This document shows, piece after piece, positions 14,161 through 24,400 of a stretch of 64,000 nt of DNA. The notes beneath the pieces were generated by a model. It saw only the letters and a list, made by a program, of their open reading frames with translations, made no database searches and was not told the DNA's origin. This DNA comes from Diadema antillarum (lineage: Eukaryota): the NCBI RefSeq assembly GCF_040938485.1, contig NW_027271118.1:124001-188000 (forward strand), given 5' to 3'. The translations under genes and the position numbers were made by a program. How positions within the stretch are numbered: position 1 is the first letter of the stretch; each line of letters begins with the position of its first letter.

Positions 14161-17100
14161 GAGAAGATTACATTGAGTGATTTTCACTGTAGGCAACGCT
14201 GCACACTGGCACTGGTCCGACAGTCACTGACCAGTAAAAATCACTGTCAGATGAGTAACTTTTTCAGGAATAGACCAGTAAAACATAAAAAAACTGGGTA
14301 CCTACTGGTCCGACAGACAGGTCGGACCCGGGGGAAAAATGGGTTAGTGAGCAGCCCTGCCATAGGGTCTTAACCTGGTGCGGACGGACTGATCTTACTA
14401 CAACATGCATTTCCCATAGACACCTACCCGAGTATACTCGTGACTCATCCTCAACGGGTTAAAACACACTCACAGAGGCAACACAAATGAAAACCTTTGC
14501 AGGCATTTCCATCTGACTTTTGTATGAGAAGAGTCACTGAATCACTAATCAATGAAAATTGTAGACCAAACCTGATAATACATGTACATACCATAGAAAC
14601 AATTACCAAACTCACTTGTCATGTGTTGCTACTCCGTGCTTGTCATATCGCGTGTCTTTGTCATATTTGATAAGAAGACAATCATAGTTGGCAATCTGAT
14701 AGCGCTTCATTCTCCTGATCAACTCAGTTCTGCAGAGGATGAAAATGTGTTGGAACAGACTTAGCAAAGAAACGTCACTGTATCAACGCAAGGGGGATGT
14801 GCTTACTTAGAGCATGAAATATAAAAGACGTTCAGAATTCCCCTCTCAGATTTCCATGAAAAGATCATTATCATATTACCTTCTTTCTCTCAGTGCTTTT
14901 AATGATTCTAAATGTTATCGTGATATTGACATATTCCTGCAAAAAAATATCCAAATTACAAATTGTTAGGCTACTTTTGTTCAAACTCTTTTTTTTTTCC
15001 TCCCAATTCAAAAGTACAGGTAAAACTTAGAAAGATGGAATAAGGCGGAATGTACTCTGTGTTCTGCTGAGAGTAATAGGCCGGATTTCAGGCTTTTCAT
15101 CAGTTTCATTTATTTGCATTACTATACACAGCTAAACTTCAGTCACCATTTCCCTTATCAAAATATAGATATAGAGAAAATATTTCATGAGGAGATAACA
15201 CTTACGTTTTGCCAGAGAACATGGGTCCAAAAATGACCTGTGGATGGAATGTTACAAAAATTTCTGTAAGAATGATTGCCTTGACTGGACAGAAAGAAAT
15301 CATGACAATTGGCAAAATGACATGGAATGAACACTTCAGTTTGATTTCAACAAGACAATACCACACATGCAAAATTCAGCATGTACACTTGTATGTTACA
15401 TAAACCTGGAGAGGAACTGTAAGCGCAGTAATTCTTTCTATGATACTGTACAAGTGGATATTTTCGCGCGACTAATTTTTTGCGCTCGTCTGGGTAAGAA
15501 GAGTTTTGTGAGTTTTTAATTCCATGGAATCAAGACATCGACTACTGGAACATATGGTAAGCAAAAATATTCGCGTGCTTTTATTTTCGCGCTAGTTTCA
15601 GGTTGCGCGAAATGCGCGAAAATTTCAACACAGCGAAAATGTTCACTTTTACAGTACGGTAGTCATATTTCACCATTTGTCAGAGATGCTAAGGTTAGAG
15701 AGGCATGAGATTTTGTGGCAGCAGAGGAAGGGTGTGTGTGTGTGTGGGGGGGGGGGTCGCCTAGGGGCCCTCTCCAATGGTAAGGAGCTTTCACACTTAA
15801 AGCTGTATTCATGCCATCTGGTGTACACCAAATACATTCATTATGCATGACATTTGGGCTTATTCCGATAGAAATGAAATATTGTCTCAAAATGTTACTT
15901 CTTATGGTGGTTGGAAATCTTGGGGGGGGGGGTTGAGGGGTTGCAAGGCATGAGAAAAAGCTTGACAGGCGTGTGAGCATGAGAAAGATCTCTGAAGCAT
16001 GAGTCTCATGCAATCATTGCAATGTGTGATATGAGGTTTGGTACAATGTAGGTTCTTAAAGCGAAAAGCTACTCAGTTTTGGATGACTTAAAAAGATCAA
16101 CAAAGAATTAAAACAGCTCATTTACACAAGCACTCAAAATCACAATACCACTACAGCACCCGTGGTGCATAGACATAAACAACAATTTATATCTCCTGTC
16201 AGCTTGATCAGTAACTAATCCATGTCTTCATATCAAATAGCACCTTATGATGCATATTTCAGAAGACAAAAGTTTCATCCCATCAAGCCTCAGGAATACA
16301 CACACTATGAAATCAGGAGAGGGCAGTACGAGGAGCCCACTGTCATCATTTTAATCTGAACAGAACAGAAGGATAGTCTTTTGGCTGTAGACTGTCTACA
16401 TCTCTCAGTTGAATCTGCAATGCTGAAGACTTTACACAAAATAAATTAAATATTAGTATACTGCATTGTTTATGATGTCAGACGAAGATAAAGTCTTTGC
16501 GTGCCCAAAACATGTCCAAATCGTTTAATGAAAATAGCTGAACTGGAAGCTCGTGCAAGTACAATGAAGCCTGCACAGCAGAGTGAATGGAGGATCTGTC
16601 TGTTGTGAAAGATCGACTGTATCACAAACCAACAGAGCGAGAGGCCACCAAACAAGAGACAGATTTATCGGTCTGGAGTCTAGTTGATGTCTAGAGTCTA
16701 GTTGATGTCTAGAGTAGAATCTATGCTAGTTATAGAAACTAGCACTGCAGTCGTATTCTACACTGTACACATGAAGCATTCATATTTGATCAATTTCACT
16801 GATATTGTAGATGTAGACTCTAATTGGTGAAAAAAACAGCAGGGTTGTCCATAACTCAAAATTTGAGTAACTTGTTATGTTGCAAGTTGCAAATGTGAGA
16901 ATATTGCAGAAATTGTATGTGCCTGGCCACCGTGGAGCACATACAATTTGTATCACGAGTGTAGTATGCAATATTTCACGACTAATTTCCATCGTGCTGC
17001 TTCGTTTGATGTTCCATCTCATGTTTTGCACTCAAATTTTCTATATTAAGTAGCCCCTACCAATTATATTTTGATTTTTCTCACTGGTTTTGTACAGTGT

Positions 17101-17365
17101 ACCTGTACAATTGTATATGTTTTTTTCACGTTTCATAACATTCTATTTGAGCTAGCCCGACCAGACGCTGTGTGAAGCACAGCACTATTTATACAGCGAC
17201 TGGGCTGTGTATAGTTAATTTCAGCATGTCTCCAATTCTTGTTGAGGATGTTGCAAAGCATGTTGCTGGCTTTTGAGGATGTTGCACAAGAATTTGAGCA
17301 TGTTGCATCGACATGCTCAAATCACCTGTGGACCACGTACCCTGGAAGAGTTTCAGTTTTTTTGC

Positions 17366-17396
<31 letters not shown>

Positions 17397-18135
17397 GAAC
17401 ACTGGCCCGGTTTGGGAGTCTGGAAAGATATGTCCGACACGTAAGACACGACATCCACAATGGCAATGCCATGGCATGGCCATTTGCATCCGTTGTCCTT
17501 TTTCTTCCTTATTTTGTGCATTTTCTTTGTTTCATTCATTCAAGGAAAAAATGTCCACACGGGTAGATCTAGATTCTAGTTAGTAACTGTTTCTAGTTAG
17601 TAACTGTTTAGCTAAATCTTTACATGTAGGCGTTAAACAGGGCTGCCAACTCTCACTCATTTTGGTCCTTTCTCACTCTCAAACTTTATTTCATTTGCAT
17701 GCATTTCTATTGATCTCACTCATTTTGGCTCCTAAATTATAGCATTGGCCTATGGGAGTCTCACTCTCAACTAATTTCCAAAGTTATTGTTGGCAGCCCT
17801 GCATACACCAATGTACGTTTGCTTTTAGCACTACTCTGTATCGATCTATAACAATCAACATAATCTGATGGGCGATGGCATGGCACAAGTTCCCGCCGCG
17901 CCGCGCCGTCGACCGCACAACGGAAGAGAGTCCCTGCTGCTGGGCTGGTTGGTTGTGGGCAAGCGCAAGCAAGCACAAAGCCGTGCGCAGACTCTACATA
18001 CAAGGGACGTTCGATTGTTGCTGCACGAAATGGCAAATGCTACCAATCAAATTTTAAGGTGATCTTACCTGAATCTGCCCCTGCCTTCGGACTGTTTGGC
18101 TTGATCCCGTCTATTGATGTTACACACGACATCAT
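9788..18135 (-). CDS. TK1: Thymidine kinase 1 (cytosolic), 7 coding exons; exon 1 carries an apparent +1 frameshift as assembled
   Basis: Minus-strand exons 18135-18069, 15237-15206, 14729-14616, 13566-13473, 12725-12636, 11757-11638, 9979-9788, all GT-AG. They translate to GQIQ|[11 protein letters not shown]|[15 protein letters not shown]...THDN|...VIGIDEGQF|[30 protein letters not shown]|[25 protein letters not shown]...|[17 protein letters not shown] (P-loop, DEGQF, two CxxC zinc pairs). Exon sizes 67/32/114/94/90/120/192 compare with human 66/32/111/94/90/120/192 (human values from memory). Confidence 0.97.
10370..10910. mobile_element. Degraded copy of the Kolobok-like MITE in TK1 intron 6
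   Basis: Shares acacatcagtgaaag...ttcaaaagttat and aaactttcactgatg...ggtggacttg blocks with 1987-2476. Confidence 0.6.
13104..13307. mobile_element. TA-flanked MITE (TACTGTA...TACAGTA)
   Basis: Same termini and ttcgcg subterminal motifs as the other copies. Confidence 0.7.
14370..14462. mobile_element. About 90-bp TTAA-flanked piggyBac-like MITE (uninterrupted copy)
   Basis: TTAA-CCTGGTGCGGACG...CCTCAACGGG-TTAA with an internal palindrome cgagtatactcg. Confidence 0.7.
15444..15656. mobile_element. TA-flanked MITE (TACTGTA...TACAGTA)
   Basis: TIR tactgtacaagtggatattttcgc / gcgaaaatgttcacttttacagta. Confidence 0.7.
17638..17801. mobile_element. hAT-like MITE in TK1 intron 1
   Basis: TIR CAGGGCTGCCAAC / GTTGGCAGCCCTG. 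No clear TSD. Confidence 0.6.
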
Positions 18136-18491
18136 GATTGATGCTGAGATTACAAAGAATCCGGCAAAATCCTACTAAACGCTGCGTTCTTAAATTCGAA
18201 TAGGATCTCTGCTGTCCGAGACGCGGGCGGAAATGAGATGCCGCTGCTCGCTCGCTCTCGCTACGATCTCTCTATCTATATCTGTCGTGCCGCCGCCGCC
18301 AGCCCGCCGATACTAGCTAGCTAGCTGCAATGCCCCTGGTTAAACAAATTAAAATTGCGCGCGCTCAAACTGGACATTTTCCGACTACAGATGGCGCTAA
18401 AATCAGCAGGCCGAGCGCGCGAGGACGGTCGAAAAGTAATGAATATTCATATTGAATCGCATGCTAGTATTCCTTGACGACGAACATCAAC
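18136..18491. promoter_or_regulatory. CpG-rich bidirectional promoter shared by TK1 and CCDC96
   Basis: The divergent ATGs are about 356 bp apart in CpG-dense sequence. It contains an E2F-like GCGGGCGGAAA (18223-18233), a CHR-variant TTCGAA (18195-18200) and a YY1-like AGATGGCG near 18390. Confidence 0.7.
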
Positions 18492-21400
18492 ATGGCTGAC
18501 GAAGAGGTAAGAAAACTTTGTAATAACACTAGAAATGTGCCCTCGCAACGAGATTGATCACCATTCTGATTTATGATCCAAAATTTTGTCCTTGGAAATT
18601 GTATAATGCTTTATTCACCCAATGCTTTCAAATGTGAAGTGTGCATTGATCGTTATGTAAAGTCACAATCAAGAAGTAGTTCACGGCGAGATTGGTCAGT
18701 CCCATGTATTGTGATATATGTAAGTATGGTGGAGTGTCCAATACATGAATAGGTATCTAAGAACGTTACATCGACACCCTAATATAATTATTAATGACTG
18801 TTTTTCTAACAACAGAAACTTAAAATATCTCACAATTTGCCTGAAATTTTACTCACATGTAAAGAAAATAGGATCTGAATTCAAAAGTGTGCATTTAAAC
18901 TGCGCATTTACGATACACGCCTGATGAAGATGTGATGACTGCTTTGAATCGCATTTGATTTGAACGCGTGGGCACGGGGTGGGTGGGTGTTATTTTGATG
19001 CACTCAGAGTAAGACTCAGTTGCGCTGGGATTTTGAAACCGACACCCGTACTCTCTATTGACAATACGTGTGAAGTGCACATAATGCTTTTCAAATGTGC
19101 ATTTGTAATCTACGGTATCATTGTTCATTCATTTCAGTAACCCCCTAGATCTCTTTGCTTTGAACATCTTCAAATCCCCAGACCCAGTGAAGAATGCAAA
19201 ACCACTGCGCGATATGGGCGTAGCCGTAGTCTCATGCGTGAAATGTTCATTCTTTCTGTCATGAGTAATAGAGCTTAGAGGGGTGTCGGTTTCAATGCAC
19301 AGTGTCGATGTGTCAGACACCTACCATACTGGAAACTGAAGATAGACTTGCATGCGCATGGCCCGGATGGATGGCATTTGCAGACTTTATTAAACTTCCA
19401 TTGATTCTCTATTTTCACCACACACTGGCACTGTCATTCACAACAGGAAAGTCCCTTCCGTAATCACCTCCAAAAATCCTCTAATTTAAAAATCCCAAAT
19501 TTCACCATCAAATATGCAATGAAATATTGGTGCCATTTTTCCTATAAAAATGGTGCTCAGGAAAGTCCAGTGTTAACCCGCTGAGGACAAGTCCCGAGTA
19601 TCCTCGGGCAGGTGTCCCATACTTGCCAACTCTACCGCATTTGGCGGTAGACTACCGCTTTTGAAAGATTTCATTAGCATTCAAGCTAGCGCTGCTCGCA
19701 TAGGCATCCTGGATTCTACCGCTTTCTCAAATGAAAATGTTGGCAAGTATGGTGTCTACTGTAAACGTCAATATTTTCGCGCGATTAATTTTTCGCGCTG
19801 AGCGGCTCGAAAACGTATTCGCGGGTTCTTAAATTCGCGCTCCGCAGCAGGTTACTTTACTGTAGTACACATTCACTGCTTTCATCCAAAGCCTCTGCTA
19901 CATAGCTTGCTATGCCAGCGTACGACAAGCGACGTAGTGAGCGGCTCGACTGCGAGTACAAGCACTCAAATACGTAGTACAGCTGTGACTGTAGTACCGT
20001 AGTCACGGGGGACTGTAGCATCGGTGCGTGCGGTGCACACATGCATGCTACAGTACACAGCAATCTAGGGTATCGTCTCTTCGCACAGTACTAGTAGCGT
20101 AAACATGCCTGTACATTGTACTACGTAGCAGTATCATCGATGAAGCGCACACAATTCATCCCGTTCAAAATGTGCATAGAAAATTGTGAAGATATATTCG
20201 TGCGTTTTTGAATTCGCGCTAGCCGAGCGTAGCGCGAAATCCGCGAAAATTTCCACGTTTACAGTATGTATATGAAATGCGTGTTGTAGCCCCGCAAGGT
20301 ACGGTCACAGGTCCACTCTACTTTCTATTATATATCAATGACTTGCCTAATGACTTAAACTCCACCTGTCGATTATTCGCTGATGACTGCATCATCTACA
20401 AACAGGTCTCGAGCGTAGAAGATGCACAAAACCTACAGAGAGACCTAGACACTCTAACTGAGTGGCAGGATAAGTGGCAGATGGACTTCAATGCCCAAAA
20501 AAGTCATGTCTTACACATCACACATGTAAAAACCCGGTTAAATACCAGTATTCATTAAACAACAGCACATTGATAGAGACAAAGTGTCACAGATACCTGG
20601 GGGTTGATATATCATCATATTTGTCATGTAATGTGCACGTCGACAGAACATGTGCTAAAGCCAACAGAGTTGTAGGATTTCTAAGGCGAAACCTTCATTA
20701 CTGTAACAAGAGAATTAAAGATACGACATATAAGACTCTTGTTAGACCATTACTAGATTATTGTTCTACAGTCTGGGACCCCCACACTCAGACTCTGGTA
20801 GACAGACTGGAAGCAGTGCAGAGCAGAGCAGCGCGTTTTGTTAGAGGTGATTACTCTAGACACAGTAGTGTTACTAAAATGAAGCGTGAGCTGGGCTGGG
20901 AGCTGCTGAAACATCGACACAGAGTAGGCCGCATCACCACATTCCGCGAAGCGCTTGCGGGTCGCCTATCCATCCCAGTTTGAAAAGCCCTGCGTCCGGT
21001 CTGAAGGGTTCTCCGGAAATCATCCACTACAAGCTTCATCCCAATCGCCACGAACAAAAACTGTTATAAATACTCGTTCATTCCAAGAACAATCATAGAC
21101 TGGAACTCACTCCCATCAACAGTTTCTAACATCGCAAGCAAGGACTCTTTTAAAGCAGCAACCCTACAATACATCCAGGAGCAAAGCAACTAAACCCCAC
21201 ACTTCTCTCTCCGCGCAACTTTAACACCAGCACACCCCCTGTCCGGTTGGCCCCTACTAAGGGGTGTTGGACAGTATACATGAAGAAGAAGAAGAAGAAG
21301 AAGAAGTAGCTAAATCGGTATGTCCTTAACGGGTTAACAATCGGGGTCGCCACAAAAGCGCTAAAAATCAAGAAATAGACAATGCCATTCTGTTGAGAGA

Positions 21401-24400
21401 TTTTTCGCTTATCGCAAGCTCAGAGTGTGATGGTTTCGGCAAAAACACAAAAGAAAAACAAGACCTTCATACAATATACTTGCCGATGCAAATGACTATA
21501 AAAAAACAACTGTAAAGTTCAGGGGTTGAATGCAAGTAACTCTGTTGTGCCAACTTGCTAGAATTCATCCACCAACGTGCAGTTGTAAATATGATTTCGT
21601 ATGCATTATTTTAGTTGAACAAATGTTGCAGAAAAGCTTAAGTTGCCGAATTCTGGTCAGCTTGCTATCATAGCTGGATTCGGAATTGAATCAAGCAACT
21701 CCCCAGGTCACTGGTCCGACAAATTTACTGGTGCCAGTGCCCAGCAGTGGTGGATATTAGTGGCGAATCTCTCTAAAAAGGACCACTTTCTTCCTCCTCT
21801 TTTCAATCTTTTCCAGGCCACTGCACAAGATTCTACTCAGGAATCAACAGAGCCAGTTCCTGCTGCACCAAATGCTCCCACAGAAGGTGCTGGTGAAGAG
21901 ACTACTTCTGCTGCGGCTGTGCCAGAGGCATCAGAAAGCCAAGGTATAACATTGGATATATGCATTTTTTCTGTTAGCATAACAAAAACAGCTGGTCATT
22001 GTTATTGATTGGAAAGTGATTGACTTGTTAAAATGGACTGCTGTTGTTGTGATTTCACTTCTTTTAATGCTTAAATCAAAGCATGCTTCTTGTATTCAGC
22101 AGACAAGCCAACAGAATTCTATAAATTTGTGCGTGATTGCAAGATCTGTGATTTGTGAATGTTGCATTTGTGAGTAAAGTTGTGTATTTTAATGGTTGTG
22201 CATCTCATATTTATACCCATAAAATTGTAGCACCTGCAGCAGAGGATGAGACACCACAAGCAGCCAGTGAGGCACCTGGGGAAACCCCTGCTGCAGAAGT
22301 AGGACAAACTGATCAGCCAGCGGGAGATGCTCCCGCTGAGACTGTAGACGGGGAGGCACCACAAGCTGAGGAGGGTGAGACAACACCTGCAGGAGGTGAG
22401 GGACAAGAAGGAGGAGAAAGTACAGAAGCAGCAGAAGGTGGAGAAAAAGGGGAGGAGACTGCTGCACCCGATGGAGAGAAGGTTGGGGAGGAGGCACCGG
22501 TAGAAGAAGGAAAAGAAGGAGAGCCAGGGAAGGATGGAGAAGAACAGAAAGCAGCTGAAGGTAAGATTGTTTGTATTCTATAAAACAAAGAAAAACAAAC
22601 AAACAAACAACCAGACTGTGAGACAAATTTGACATGTATAACTTCACATACAAACAGAAAAAAAATCAGATGGGACATATTCATGGGAAGTGTCAGTGCC
22701 TTTGCTCTCGTATTGAAGTTCTAGTTAATTATTTCAAGATCATTGGGTATGATTTTGGAAGCGAGTAGAAATGTTTAACCCGATGTAGAAGTGTGTGTTT
22801 TTTAACAGAATTTCCTGACATTATGATGCCTCCAAATGCATTTCTCAGTATGGCGTTTTAAACGTTGATAATGAGTTTAGAGCATAACTGTTTACATTGA
22901 ATTCCAGTTTATGCCCTGAAGTAATTAGAGAGTAAATTTTGAAAAAATGCCAATGCACTCGGTGTATAAGTTGCTTCACTGAAATGCACAGACACAGACA
23001 TGCTTGAATGTCCTAATCATCACAATTGTTGATTGCATCTCTGCATTTACTACTCATTTCGCAGGAGAGGGTGAAGAGGATGGTGCAGGGGAAGAGGTGA
23101 AGCCAGAAGGGGAGGGGGCAGAGGATGGTGAAGCGGGGAAAACAGAGGAGGGGGCAGCAGAGCCCACAGCAGATGATGCCCAGGCAGCCGAGGGGGAGGG
23201 GGAGGGGGCTGAGAAGCCAGAAGGAGAAGGAGACGAAGAAACAACGGTAACGGGTGAGGAGGCTCCCAAGTCCCCCCTCCCTCAGAGCGAAACATTCCAG
23301 GAGGGGGACAGGCCGGAGACCCCCACAGTCCAGGTCGTGGAACCCCTGTCGAGGGAAGGGACACCTCCGCCCACAGAACCAGCACAGATTGAGCCTGGCA
23401 CCCCAGAGAGAGAAAGTAAGACACTGCAATCAATGTTACGTACATTTTTTCCCGTCATTCTGACTGTTACTGTTTATTTCTCTTCTGCCCTTGAAGTTGG
23501 TCTGCTTGATTCTTGTCATCTTGCGATTCTGTCTGTTATGGCAGCAGCTTCAATAGTTAGATGCTAATTGGCCAACACTGTGGAAATAGAAATCATTGTT
23601 CTATTGTGATAAGGTGTACACAGGAAACAGATGTATGCTTTGAGAACTCGCTGGTTGCTAGAGACTAGCAGACCTTTTCCATCTCTTGTCACTTGAAAAA
23701 CTGTTCATGCTCTTTCTTATGCTGTCTCATGCACCGTATCTGTCATGATCTGCCATTTCAGTAGTTAACTTCCTTTGATATTTCCATTCAAGCATAGGTC
23801 CCATGGCTGTTAAAGTGCTTACTTTCATGACTTGCACGTGGTGATGCATTATATCCTTTGACTTCTACATTTAATTCATGGAAAATGATTACCATACCTA
23901 TCATGCTTGACATGAACCCAATTGATTTGTGGTACATACCATGCTACTGTGCAATTATTTTTATAGTTTGTATTGTTTAAGAGAAACTTTCTTCAGTCAT
24001 ATCATAGACTTTGTTGAAAAATACAGAAGCAAGGTACTGAAAGTTAGTAACACGCAGTGACAAATCATTTGATATATGATATGTAAAATACTAGAACTTA
24101 CCACAGTTTGGATGTACTGCCCATATTGTGTGTATACCAACTATTGATGGCACAGAAAGCATGAAATCATTTCTATTGATATCTCCTCTAGTTTCACCAT
24201 TGCCTGAAGAGGAAGCTCTCCTTGAGGAGGAGGAAGAAGATCTCATGTCACGTGAAGAGCTCCTTGAGATGTACCAGGTAAAGAGCATTTATGGAAATGA
24301 CAAAGAAAGATGTCTATAATAGGCTGGGCTTAGTTCTCGTACTTGGTGATTGATTTCTAGCTCTACACTGCTAACTTTTTGAAGATTAGATATTATGTGT

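Larger units (their letters stand above)
19573..21337. mobile_element. piggyBac-like 90-bp MITE split by three nested insertions
   Basis: The left half (19573-19616) and the right fragments (19753-19758, 20265-20289, 21307-21337) reassemble into the reverse complement of the 14370-14462 element. Confidence 0.75.

Noticed and set aside
18895-19320. Two consecutive same-frame minus-strand ORFs separated by one TGA (possible readthrough or selenoprotein)
   Set aside because: Inside CCDC96 intron 1, no homology, no SECIS seen; the region includes a 15-bp inverted-repeat pair suggesting a TE relic.
21944-21951. GTATAAC donor of CCDC96 intron 2, checked as a U12-type intron
   Set aside because: It does not match GTATCCTT; all introns in the three genes look U2-type.
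22119-23567. Multiple antisense and alternate-frame ORFs (Ser/Pro/Leu-rich)
   Set aside because: Shadows of the low-complexity CCDC96 exons 3-4.
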